Below are positions 19,127 through 27,728 of a stretch of DNA of 61,430 nucleotides, piece by piece. The translations under genes were made by a program, and so were the position numbers. Where the stretch lies: the IMG/VR virus record IMGVR_UViG_3300029288_000083, positions 94,130 to 155,559 of that record; one strand, given 5' to 3'. Under the pieces are notes generated by a model. The model worked only from the letters and a program-made list of their open reading frames with translations, was not told the DNA's origin and did no database searches. This DNA is from a virus (Duplodnaviria; Heunggongvirae; Uroviricota; Caudoviricetes). The number at the start of each line of letters is the position of its first letter. The stretch's first letter is position 1.

Positions 19127-19550
19127 TTATCCAATTAATATTGTATGCAATTCTTCAGCTTCTTTTTCCGTCGCGCTTTCTAATTTCGTTGCAGGATATC
19201 CGAATCCTTTAATTAATGCAATTGGTCCTTCCTTTCCTAAGAAACGGAAATCATCAACAGTTAATTTTTTTGCAATTTTTGATGCAAATTCTTTTATACT
19301 TGCAAAGTCAGAATTTGCATTTTTTTTTCTCAAGTTTTTCAAAGTGCGTAATTACATGTCTTACACAACTTTCAGTTCCGCTAAGACAACCGCCTTGCGC
19401 ATCAGCAACACTTAAAATATTACTTTGTACTAAAGGTTTCAATTGAAACAATGCGCCTTCCTTTGTTTTTACGCCATTTTCTTCAAGCCATTTAATAATA
19501 GGCTCTGGACTGCACATATATAAGTACAGTTCTAATGCTTGTGTGTTCAT
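19127..19550 (-). pseudogene. Hypothetical protein, probably one gene split at an A9 run (ORFs 19308..19550 and 19127..19342)
   Basis: Removing one A from the run at 19320-19328 joins ...HFEKLEKK to NANSDFASIK...; the second ORF has only a TTG start. Confidence 0.45.
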
Positions 19551-19614
19551 ATAATGTATTTTAAAAGTTACTTGATTAATTTAACTATAATATCATGCAA
19601 TTCATTGATAACAC

Positions 19615-19818
19615 TTAATGGAATTGTTTGCAACGAACATGAAACATCGACGCATAGCATATCATTAATGAAACGATATGTAATAACCCACCTTGTTGAT
19701 TATTTTCAACAAGCCAAACGATATGACTCCAATGCACATGTGTTACTGCTGCGTATTTAAAAGGTACTGTAAGCTTTAATTTATTTGCTTCTTCTAAAAG
19801 TTGTTCATCAACTGCCAT
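19615..19818 (-). CDS. Hypothetical protein (3' end uncertain)
   Basis: ATG at 19818 (MAVDEQ...); an alternative frame ending at 19568 looks more protein-like. Confidence 0.35.
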   Translation of the reverse strand: MAVDEQLLEEANKLKLTVPFKYAAVTHVHWSHIVWLVENNQQGGLLHIVSLMICYASMFHVRCKQFH

Positions 19819-19819
19819 T

Positions 19820-20034
19820 TTATAATTTATTTGCAAGTTTACACATATGACAATCAACTAATGAATTGCAATCCAACATTCTGAATGCAGATTTGTTTGT
19901 ATTCGGATTAATTTCAATTCCTACTGGATAGTCAGTTTTCATGCCATATTTGAATGGCTTACCTGAAATTTTTCAATAAGTTCGCCAACCATTGCCGGCC
20001 ATTCATTTTCATTTGAATATTTTACTTTTCCCAT
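19820..20034 (-). pseudogene. Small frameshifted hypothetical gene
   Basis: MGKVKYS...LIEK continues as SGKPFKYG...VDCHMCKLANKL* if one A is added at 19969-19973; span 215 nt = 3n-1. Confidence 0.5.
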
Positions 20035-20036
20035 GA

Positions 20037-20318
20037 TTATTTTATTTTTGGATATACGATAGTCATATCTCCATTTAAGTTGTAATGCTTTTCCAAACCG
20101 CCGCATCCTTTTGCAATCCAGCCTTTTGCTTTCAAAACGCGTTTTCTATACGATGTTGCTTTAGTAAACAACAACTCAGTTATTTCGTTTGGTGTAAGAT
20201 TATCATCGAACTTGATATCTTGTGTTGCGTATAAGCAATCTGTTTTTCGATAAAATCTATTAGCAGATAAAGAAATCATCCAAGTTGTTTGAATTTCTTC
20301 ATCACGATACTTAATCAT
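20037..20318 (-). CDS. Hypothetical protein
   Basis: 93-aa ORF. Confidence 0.55.
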   Translation of the reverse strand: MIKYRDEEIQTTWMISLSANRFYRKTDCLYATQDIKFDDNLTPNEITELLFTKATSYRKRVLKAKGWIAKGCGGLEKHYNLNGDMTIVYPKIK

Positions 20319-20612
20319 TTTTCGTTTCGGAAATTAAATTTAAAAAAATAGGAATTTCGGGTATATTCATATCAATTATTTTACAATGTTATAAGTACCG
20401 GTATAAACTTCAGTATCAGCAAGTTGTGAACACCAAACAGATGTTTTTTTCAACAAAAATAAGGTTTTCATTATTTTCATCTTAGATGGTATCTTCCACC
20501 ACGCAAAATACGGTCACTTGAACAAAATCGTATTGAAATATCGTCAACACTATCAGCAATAAAAATAGCAAATTATGGAATACCGTTTGCATCGTAAGAA
20601 ATTATTAATTTA

Positions 20613-20831
20613 TTAAAAATCAAATTCGATATCTTTTGTATCATATTTATTTAATACTTTCTTTTTTGATTTTTTTAGCAGTTCTCGACAATCTTCTTCA
20701 GATGGGCAAGAACCTAACTCCCATCTTCGGCATATATTTATACCGTTGCCTGAAAAGGGCACAAAACATATACCAACCATTTTATTACAAAAGTTATCTC
20801 GTACTGAATAGTTCTTTTTATTATATTTCAT
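20613..20831 (-). CDS. Hypothetical protein
   Basis: 72-aa ORF directly after an early promoter. Confidence 0.55.
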   Translation of the reverse strand: MKYNKKNYSVRDNFCNKMVGICFVPFSGNGINICRRWELGSCPSEEDCRELLKKSKKKVLNKYDTKDIEFDF

Positions 20832-20855
20832 ATATTTAATTTTTATTAATTAATT

Positions 20856-20891
20856 AAAATCAAATATACAACATTTATGAAGCAATAGCAA
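20856..20891 (-). promoter_or_regulatory. Early promoter, Bacteroidota sigma-A type
   Basis: TTGCTATTGCTTCATAAATGTTGTATATTTGATTTT. Confidence 0.8.
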
Positions 20892-20918
20892 ATATTGAGG
20901 CATTTATTTTTGCACATT

Positions 20919-21611
20919 TTATACTGAATGCGAACTTACAACAATTGTTTTTTTATATTTTTCAATCATGTCCTCTATTGCTGCCGCCATATTTTCTTCT
21001 AATTTTTCTTTGCTATCATGTGGTTTAAATTCCGTGTGCAATTTACCGTTTATATAAATTTCGCCTACGAATTTTTTATTTGGTGATTCTACAAATGGAA
21101 CCGGCCCGAATTTTGTTTTTAATGTTGGTGCAGTTGAATTAATCGTTTCTTTTGTGTCTGTAATTTGTTCTGCCGTTTTTTGACGTTTTGTTTTTTGACG
21201 TTTTGTTTTTACTTTATACTGCGAAATTTCATTTAATATAATTTCTTTTGCTTCGTCAATATTTGTTGCGTTTTCTTTAATTAATGTATAGCCAGGATTT
21301 ACAGTTTCCTTGTATTTAACTCTTCTCTTAATTTTGTTATTTTTCTTGTTTAAAGAAACTTTTACATTTACGCCAGGAAACTTTTTTTCAATGAAAATTT
21401 CCTTATCGGTTTCTTTAAACCCTTGTTTACGCGTCGTTACCTTTTTGTCAATAATCTCCATTTTTTCATCATTAATTGTTTCTACTATATTCAATACATT
21501 TTTTACTGGCGTATTTAAAATTTCTTGTTTACGCTTTTCAAGATCTTTGCGTCCATTACGATTGTAATGACGCCATTTTGCTTTTTCTTCTTCTGTTGAT
21601 TCTTTTTTCAT
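20919..21611 (-). CDS. Hypothetical basic protein
   Basis: 230-aa ORF containing a 15-bp tandem repeat (KTKRQ x2). Confidence 0.65.
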   Translation of the reverse strand: MKKESTEEEKAKWRHYNRNGRKDLEKRKQEILNTPVKNVLNIVETINDEKMEIIDKKVTTRKQGFKETDKEIFIEKKFPGVNVKVSLNKKNNKIKRRVKYKETVNPGYTLIKENATNIDEAKEIILNEISQYKVKTKRQKTKRQKTAEQITDTKETINSTAPTLKTKFGPVPFVESPNKKFVGEIYINGKLHTEFKPHDSKEKLEENMAAAIEDMIEKYKKTIVVSSHSV

Positions 21612-21785
21612 ATTTTAAATTTTATTTTATATACAGAAATTTAAAACAGTTTTATTTGATTTTTATAAAATTAGTTTTTGAATCATGGAAAGATCTTTAA
21701 GTATCCTAGATTTGCTATGAGTATTTAACAACATGGAATTGCCCTAGTCTTTCTATACTAACCCTTTCCGAAACTATGGTATCTA

Positions 21786-21794
21786 TTATATACA
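21786..21794 (-). promoter_or_regulatory. Putative TATATAA-class promoter preceding a non-coding stretch
   Basis: TGTATATAA with no ORF before the next copy at 21627..21635. Confidence 0.4.
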
Positions 21795-21815
21795 GTTATT
21801 TAAAATAGTTTCATT

Positions 21816-21986
21816 TTATTTCAAAAATATTTTTCCTTTTGTAAAATACCAATCTTTAACTTTGTAATCGCCAAATCCGTTATCATCTAATAATTGTCGA
21901 ATCTTAAAATGATTATCGGTTTCAAGAATAATTGTAAGTTTATCTTTTGCTGCTCCTTGAATTTGAACTACTATAAATTCTTTCAT
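21816..21986 (-). CDS. Hypothetical 56-aa protein (below the ORF-track cutoff)
   Basis: MKEFIVVQIQGAAKDKL...KGKIFLK*; starts 2 nt after the HNH gene stop. Confidence 0.6.
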   Translation of the reverse strand: MKEFIVVQIQGAAKDKLTIILETDNHFKIRQLLDDNGFGDYKVKDWYFTKGKIFLK

Positions 21987-21987
21987 A

Positions 21988-22395
21988 TTACAAAAATATT
22001 AAGTTATTACTTTTTGCCCAATTTTCTTCAGCAATCATAGGTTGCACATTGTCAATTGAATTTGCGCCGCCTTGTGACTTTGGCAATCTGTGGTCGATTG
22101 TAAATAAGTCGCCGTCTTCTGAATAAAAATTATAATGGAATGATGAAGGACCTTTTTTATAATCAGCTCGGTCATATCCACAATATGCAACGTTTTTTCC
22201 AGTTACTGGACATGTGAGATTGCCGTTTTTAATTAGATGAATCCAAAACAATTTTCGTTGAGATATTTTGATTTTCAACTTTGCATCTGGATTATTTGCA
22301 ACTCTTCTTTTTAATTTTTCTTTTGCTTCTTTATTGATGCGTTTATCAAATTCCGCAAATGTAATTTTTTCTAATGTAGTGAATTTTTGATGCAT
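21988..22395 (-). CDS. HNH endonuclease
   Basis: TIDHRLPKSQGGANSIDNVQPM...N..KSN. Confidence 0.85.
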   Translation of the reverse strand: MHQKFTTLEKITFAEFDKRINKEAKEKLKRRVANNPDAKLKIKISQRKLFWIHLIKNGNLTCPVTGKNVAYCGYDRADYKKGPSSFHYNFYSEDGDLFTIDHRLPKSQGGANSIDNVQPMIAEENWAKSNNLIFL

Positions 22396-22397
22396 GA

Positions 22398-22643
22398 TTA
22401 AACAAATTTAATTCCGTAAGTACTTGAATCTTCTTCAATTGTTGTTTGCGTATATGTACGTTTTAATAATTTAACATTTTTAAACGTTGACCAATCTTTT
22501 GGAAATGGCCGTTTTTTATCTGCAGCTAAACACAATTTTGGTGAACCGTACCATCCAGTGTCAAACCAGTGTATACCATCATGTGTTACAGCAAATGTAA
22601 ATTGTACAAGTGGCTGATTTGTTAATAATTCTTCTAGACTCAT
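22398..22643 (-). CDS. Hypothetical protein
   Basis: 81-aa ORF after an early promoter. Confidence 0.6.
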   Translation of the reverse strand: MSLEELLTNQPLVQFTFAVTHDGIHWFDTGWYGSPKLCLAADKKRPFPKDWSTFKNVKLLKRTYTQTTIEEDSSTYGIKFV

Positions 22644-22660
22644 GATATTATCAATTAATT

Positions 22661-22696
22661 AAAATCAAATATACAACATTTTGAATGCATTGTCAA
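22661..22696 (-). promoter_or_regulatory. Early promoter, Bacteroidota sigma-A type
   Basis: TTGACA...AATGTTGTATATTTGATTTT. Confidence 0.8.
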
Positions 22697-22706
22697 ATTT
22701 TTAAGA

Positions 22707-23495
22707 CTAATAATTCACCCAATTTTCAAAGCTTTCAATAAATGCGTCAGTATTAAAATCCGAAAGTATTTTTTGTTTTGCCTTGAATACATCAGATTTG
22801 CAAAAATCGCAAAGTTCTTTTGTTAATTCAATTCCTGCTTTTACTTCAAAGTTTTGTGCATACTTCAAAGTTTTATCATTAAAATGTTTAGTTGTCCAAT
22901 CTCTATTTACTGATATGATTGCTTCATATTTCCTTAACATTTTATTATCAGATACATCAAGTTTTATACTTTTAAATTCTGCATTTGCTTTTGCAAAATC
23001 AAAAGACTCATTTAACATTTCCTTTGCATAAATATGTCCTCTTACTATATGACCTAATCTTTTTCTTTTATTGTAATCATCAGTATATTTGAAATAATGT
23101 TTAATGTCTCTTCTTGCAAGACCTAAATAACTTCTTATGATTGAATACGTTATGAAAGAATCTTTATATTTTGAAAGCCAATCCAAGTCAGTTCCGTTCA
23201 ATTCACCTGAATGAATTACTTCAAAGTTTATTGTTGAATCGCCGCTTATGCAATTCTTCAAGAAGTTATGCAATGATACAAAATTGTAATCAATGTTATC
23301 TTCTTTAAATTGCAACTGGTGATGCGTTTGCATTGCTGAAAATAATTCGTTTTCAGATGTTGCATATATGTAAAGGTAGTCAGTATCAGAATTTTCATTG
23401 TTCGTTCCGTACATATGGGAACCTACTTTTACTTTTGCTAGTGTTGCAGATTTTAATTTCTCAAATAAATCTCTGTCGTTAAAATGTATATTCAT
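22707..23495 (-). CDS. Nucleotidyltransferase (pol-beta superfamily)
   Basis: GSHMYGTNNENSDTDY motif; ends TAG-TCT-TAA. Confidence 0.8.
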   Translation of the reverse strand: MNIHFNDRDLFEKLKSATLAKVKVGSHMYGTNNENSDTDYLYIYATSENELFSAMQTHHQLQFKEDNIDYNFVSLHNFLKNCISGDSTINFEVIHSGELNGTDLDWLSKYKDSFITYSIIRSYLGLARRDIKHYFKYTDDYNKRKRLGHIVRGHIYAKEMLNESFDFAKANAEFKSIKLDVSDNKMLRKYEAIISVNRDWTTKHFNDKTLKYAQNFEVKAGIELTKELCDFCKSDVFKAKQKILSDFNTDAFIESFENWVNY

Positions 23496-23498
23496 AAT

Positions 23499-23768
23499 TT
23501 ATATTTCTTCTTGTGATCTAAAATAATTATCTTCGCATGATTCAAAATCTGTAGCCCAACAAATTTTATCCGAATCTGTTGGATCATCTTTCATTTCTGA
23601 ATTGTAAGGGTCGATGTAAATATATACGTCTTGATATTTATCTAAGCGTTTTTGTAACCCTTCTTCATCGCAAATTTCTGTATTTGGAAACTTTGACTTT
23701 AAACCTTCTAATGTTTGTGCGGACTCCTTCATTTTTTTTGCTCGTCCTCTTTCATACATGTATATCAT
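23499..23768 (-). CDS. Hypothetical protein
   Basis: 89-aa ORF. Confidence 0.55.
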   Translation of the reverse strand: MIYMYERGRAKKMKESAQTLEGLKSKFPNTEICDEEGLQKRLDKYQDVYIYIDPYNSEMKDDPTDSDKICWATDFESCEDNYFRSQEEI

Positions 23769-23783
23769 AATTTCAATATTTAT

Positions 23784-23818
23784 TAAACAAATATAAACTA
23801 AAAATGCCTCAATAGCAA
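23784..23818 (-). promoter_or_regulatory. Early promoter variant overlapping a terminator hairpin
   Basis: TTGCTATTG...TTTATATTTG. Confidence 0.6.
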
Positions 23819-23832
23819 CTATTGAGGCATTT
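23802..23832 (-). terminator. 14-bp hairpin terminator
   Basis: AAATGCCTCAATAG-TTG-CTATTGAGGCATTT followed by TT. Confidence 0.7.
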
Positions 23833-23847
23833 ATTTTTGAATTATTT

Positions 23848-24309
23848 TTATTTTCTTGGCGTTAATCCGTCAAGAATTTTTGTGATTGCACCTTTAATTT
23901 GACCGTCAGTTGGCGCAATTTCATTTTTGATACTTAAAAATCTTTTAATCTCTTCAATTTTTTCTTTCATTAATTTGAAATTTTTAATTGATTTAACTGG
24001 TCCTTCGTATGCGTAAAATAAAACTTCATGTTTCCATGCATGTTTTGCAACATTTGCTGCTGATTGGTCTTTGCCATCAATTAATAATTGTGTAACATAA
24101 TGACTGTTTTTATTTCTTTCCTCAATTTTCCAAATTGATACATTACAAAGTTTATCATTAAATTTTAATTTAACGCACAATGTTTCTGTTGACGTTTTCA
24201 CTGTAAACACTTTTAAGAACATACCAGTTGGTGTTACAAATAAATGTTGACTTGTTTTGTTTATGTAATTTAATACATGACTGTTTACTTTTTCTATATT
24301 GATTTCCAT
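23848..24309 (-). CDS. Hypothetical protein
   Basis: 153-aa ORF. Confidence 0.65.
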   Translation of the reverse strand: MEINIEKVNSHVLNYINKTSQHLFVTPTGMFLKVFTVKTSTETLCVKLKFNDKLCNVSIWKIEERNKNSHYVTQLLIDGKDQSAANVAKHAWKHEVLFYAYEGPVKSIKNFKLMKEKIEEIKRFLSIKNEIAPTDGQIKGAITKILDGLTPRK

Positions 24310-24461
24310 GACTTTATTTTTTATTTTATGATTTATGATTATTTTGTTTTCTGTTCTTTTTGCGAATTGAACAGATTTACGCTATATGTTCAAAATTCAT
24401 TGAAAATTGAACATCATAAAATAAAATTAAGTTGGAGCACGCGGCCTATTAATCTAGTGTC

Positions 24462-24818
24462 TCATAACTTTACATTTTTTAATAAAAGTGGATAATTGCT
24501 ACATAATCTTCGTGCATCTTCGGATGGTTCGAAAGCGACCGCAGTTATTTCATTATCAATATCTGGTTCACGGAACACAGAATATTTGATTTGTTTTGCG
24601 TCGGCCTTATCTATAAGGTCTTTTAGAGATTGTTCATTCGGTATTGATAAAAAAACCAGGTACTTCGAGCATTCGTGCCATTCTTTTGCAATGGTAGGAT
24701 GATTGTGTTGAAACTCGATTGCAGCATGCGCTGCTTGAACCGCTTGATAGCCTGGTGCAATATCTTGTCTAGCGACAGTTATTAATTTTGAATGGCAATT
24801 AATCTATGTTTCTTTCAT
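24462..24818 (-). CDS. PTH2-like peptidyl-tRNA hydrolase with an in-frame TAG at codon 5
   Basis: Translated by hand: MKET*INCHSKLITVARQDIAPGYQAVQAAHAAIEF...LVFLS..NEQ.L...VFREPDIDNEITAVA...YPLL; no later Met. Confidence 0.8.
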
Positions 24819-24846
24819 GATTATGATTTTTGTTTATTTATTTTTA

Positions 24847-24857
24847 TTATATATACA
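24847..24857 (-). promoter_or_regulatory. Putative late promoter TGTATATATAA upstream of the PTH-like gene
   Basis: TATATAA core about 29 nt upstream of the ATG at 24818. Confidence 0.45.
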
Positions 24858-24909
24858 TTACTTTAAAATAGTTTCAATTAATGTCCACCTTTTATTATAC
24901 TTAATCCAA

Positions 24910-25650
24910 TTATTTTTTTGCTCCTGCATCTTCTAATAGCCTAGAGGATTCTTTTAGCGAGGAACCAGTTGTTATAGTATCATCAATTACACAAACATTT
25001 TTATCAACAATTTTTGAAAGTATCTTATCGTTTATTTTTAGCCAATTCGATATTACGTCACGAAATTGCGGTGCAAATTTCTTTATTGAAAAATAATTGT
25101 TTTTTCTTTGTCTGTCAATATCTGCTTGTAATGTTTTAATGTTCTTTTCTTTTAATCCAAATTTTTCACCTTGTATTATAATCTCATCGAAATTTGGATT
25201 TTTGAATATACCTGCATTGTATGTTACCATATCATAATATTTAGGTAAATGTCGGTTTAACTCATTACTTAAATTTGCAATTAGCGAACTTGAGCTTTCT
25301 AATAATATGATAGTATCAATTTCTTCCTTTAAAATTATATCTGCCATATAAATTGAAGTTCTATTGATAAATTTAGAATAACTATTTGCATCTATAGTAT
25401 AAATTGAACTTTTACCTTTTATTGCATTTAATACTTCTACATAATTAACATTGTGATCATCAGTTCGTTGATACACTGAATATGCAATACCAAACGGTAA
25501 TTTCATTTGATATGGCTTATGCAATTTTCCTTTGCCAAAAGATGTATTTATTAAATCATTAGATAATGAATCGAATAAAATGACGTTATCTTGTATTACA
25601 AAACCTTCGTTTATAATTGATGAATACGTATCGAATTTAGGAATGCGCAT
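24910..25650 (-). CDS. Phosphoribosyltransferase-fold protein (C-terminus continues in the -1 frame to 24878)
   Basis: PRPP-binding motif VCVIDDTITTGSS; GAKK* is followed out of frame by IIGLSIIKGGH*. Confidence 0.75.
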   Translation of the reverse strand: MRIPKFDTYSSIINEGFVIQDNVILFDSLSNDLINTSFGKGKLHKPYQMKLPFGIAYSVYQRTDDHNVNYVEVLNAIKGKSSIYTIDANSYSKFINRTSIYMADIILKEEIDTIILLESSSSLIANLSNELNRHLPKYYDMVTYNAGIFKNPNFDEIIIQGEKFGLKEKNIKTLQADIDRQRKNNYFSIKKFAPQFRDVISNWLKINDKILSKIVDKNVCVIDDTITTGSSLKESSRLLEDAGAKK

Positions 25651-25657
25651 TTGTATT

Positions 25658-26122
25658 TTATTTTAATTTTTCGCCGTGATCATCAATTGCTTTCTTCAAT
25701 GCATAGTTTAAAGTACCGTCTATTTCAATCAATTCTTTTTTGACAACTGAATATATGCCTGTTGATAATGCAAGTGCGTGATGAGGCAATCCTTCAGAAA
25801 CACCTTTATGTAAAGCGTTTAATCTTATGTAAAGATTTTTGATATCTTTAACTTTACCAGCAAACGCTGTTTCATTTGAACCAAGTACATCATATGTATC
25901 AAGCATAAGCCATTTCATTTTCGATTCTCTCTCGAAAACATCAAAAGAAAGATGCTTAGACGGTATTACGCCGATAACATAACATGGAAAAATATCATCA
26001 GGATATTTTTCACTTGGGTCGCCGTACGGACTCATTATGTATCTTAACGGTCTAAAAAATTTATCATCAAGTACTGCTTGTTCATTGATATAATCGTTTA
26101 ATGACGGAATTCGTTGTTTCAT
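25658..26122 (-). CDS. Hypothetical protein
   Basis: 154-aa ORF; N-terminus MKQRIPSLNDYINE resembles the PRTase N-terminus MRIPKFDTYSSIINE. Confidence 0.6.
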   Translation of the reverse strand: MKQRIPSLNDYINEQAVLDDKFFRPLRYIMSPYGDPSEKYPDDIFPCYVIGVIPSKHLSFDVFERESKMKWLMLDTYDVLGSNETAFAGKVKDIKNLYIRLNALHKGVSEGLPHHALALSTGIYSVVKKELIEIDGTLNYALKKAIDDHGEKLK

Positions 26123-26132
26123 ACACTTTATT

Positions 26133-26681
26133 TTAATTTATATATTCATCGGTGTCAAGTATTGCAATTGCTCTTTCGACACAACCTTCAGTTAAACCGA
26201 AACCTCTTATGTTATCTCTATGAATATTTACATCAAAATTGTTTGCTGTTTGAACAAATACTTCTTGTTGGTAATCATAATAGCCATTAATGTCATCTAT
26301 AATAACAAATGATTCTATGTTGATTTTATCAAGATGCTTTGTTATCCAAACGTCAATTTCGTCACCTCTACGAATGTCATCAAAATCAACAATCCCGCCG
26401 CCGTTATTCGTTATGAAATTGTATGCGTATACTGCACTAGGCGTAATATCAATAAGTTCTCCAGGCAATTCTCTATCATTCCACATGTTTTGCATTGTTT
26501 GCAAACCAGCATCTTTCCATGTACTGGTCATTACAATTTTTGCATCTGTTGCATCAATAAGAATTGCTAAATTCCTTACAAAATCAGGATGAAAAATATC
26601 GCCGTATCTATCTTGTTTTGTTGTTGCTTGCCACGGAATATTTAATACGCCGTCAATATCTAAAAAAATAATTTTCATCAA
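26133..26681 (-). CDS. HAD-superfamily phosphatase (Swiss-Army-Knife RNA-repair type)
   Basis: IIFLDIDGVLN, IVMTSTWK, FVIIDD. Confidence 0.8.
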   Translation of the reverse strand: MMKIIFLDIDGVLNIPWQATTKQDRYGDIFHPDFVRNLAILIDATDAKIVMTSTWKDAGLQTMQNMWNDRELPGELIDITPSAVYAYNFITNNGGGIVDFDDIRRGDEIDVWITKHLDKINIESFVIIDDINGYYDYQQEVFVQTANNFDVNIHRDNIRGFGLTEGCVERAIAILDTDEYIN

Positions 26682-27037
26682 TCGTCGGTTTTTAATTTGT
26701 TATAATCATCATATCTGTAACTGTCATTAACACAACATGCTTTGCAACTATCTGCAAACACATCGTCATCAGTAACCATACCTAGATAGGAACAACCGTT
26801 AATTGGGATTCCTCGCCATCTGCCTAAATAAATCGAATACGGACAATGCTTTGTGTAATACGTGTAATCATCAGCCGATTTTTTATTCATTTTTTCAAAA
26901 TCGGGTTCGTAACAATATGGACCTTCGGGAATTACTGTTTCATCAAATTTCATGTTGAAAAGTTTCTTCCACCAGCATCCAAACATTGCAAACCAATTGC
27001 CTATTATGTAAAGTTTTCTATTTAAGAATTTCTTCAT
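26678..27037 (-). CDS. Hypothetical Cys-rich protein
   Basis: 119 aa; YCY, HCPY, CKAC. Confidence 0.6.
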   Translation of the reverse strand: MKKFLNRKLYIIGNWFAMFGCWWKKLFNMKFDETVIPEGPYCYEPDFEKMNKKSADDYTYYTKHCPYSIYLGRWRGIPINGCSYLGMVTDDDVFADSCKACCVNDSYRYDDYNKLKTDD

Positions 27038-27728
27038 CTTTTAAATTTATTTTTGTTCCATAATGAATAAAGTTGACAACATCACCTTGTTGAATCACGT
27101 CAAATGTTCTGCATATAAACAAAAAATCTTTGTACGCTTGAATCAAATAATTTGCAGACGTTGGTATTCTGTATAAATATTTTTCCAATTCTGGAAATTC
27201 TTTTGCTGCAGCTGCTTTTGTGTATATTTCAGGACGACCCATCAATAAACCTAGTGCTTGCGCTAATTGAAATGCAAATATTTTTCGAACTTCGATTACT
27301 GAGTTTTTTCCAAATTCATCAATTGATAAATCTAAAGTTTCAGCAACAGATAGTCTAGATTCCCATGAATGCGATTTCAATGCAGATTTTACAGATTCAC
27401 GATATGTTGTTTTTGAATAATGCGATAAGAAACAACGTAATACTCTTACAGCTTTTAGAATTTCATTTCTTTTTACTTTTGTATCGAGAATTAATGGAAA
27501 TTCTTGTTCATGTAAACGATATGTTGTAATTAAACTATTTTGAATTTCATCGCATGTTCCTTTATAACAATCTGTAACCATGCCATCTTTAATTACTATG
27601 ATGTTTCTGTTTTCTTCTTTTGAACTATCGCAAAATTCTTTGCATTCTTGAAATGACGGTAATTTATCGAATACATAAAAAACGTCAATATCTAGTGAAT
27701 CACCAGATCCATGTATGTATCTTATCAT
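27018..27728 (-). CDS. Putative nucleotidyltransferase
   Basis: HGSGDSLDIDV (GS...DxD) at the N-terminus; ends in TAG. Confidence 0.6.
   Translation of the reverse strand: MIRYIHGSGDSLDIDVFYVFDKLPSFQECKEFCDSSKEENRNIIVIKDGMVTDCYKGTCDEIQNSLITTYRLHEQEFPLILDTKVKRNEILKAVRVLRCFLSHYSKTTYRESVKSALKSHSWESRLSVAETLDLSIDEFGKNSVIEVRKIFAFQLAQALGLLMGRPEIYTKAAAAKEFPELEKYLYRIPTSANYLIQAYKDFLFICRTFDVIQQGDVVNFIHYGTKINLKDEEILK

Noticed and set aside
24430-24446. tRNA-like 5' fragment GGCCGCGTGCTCCAACT after the PTH-like gene
   Set aside because: No D-stem partner, anticodon arm, T arm or acceptor complement follows
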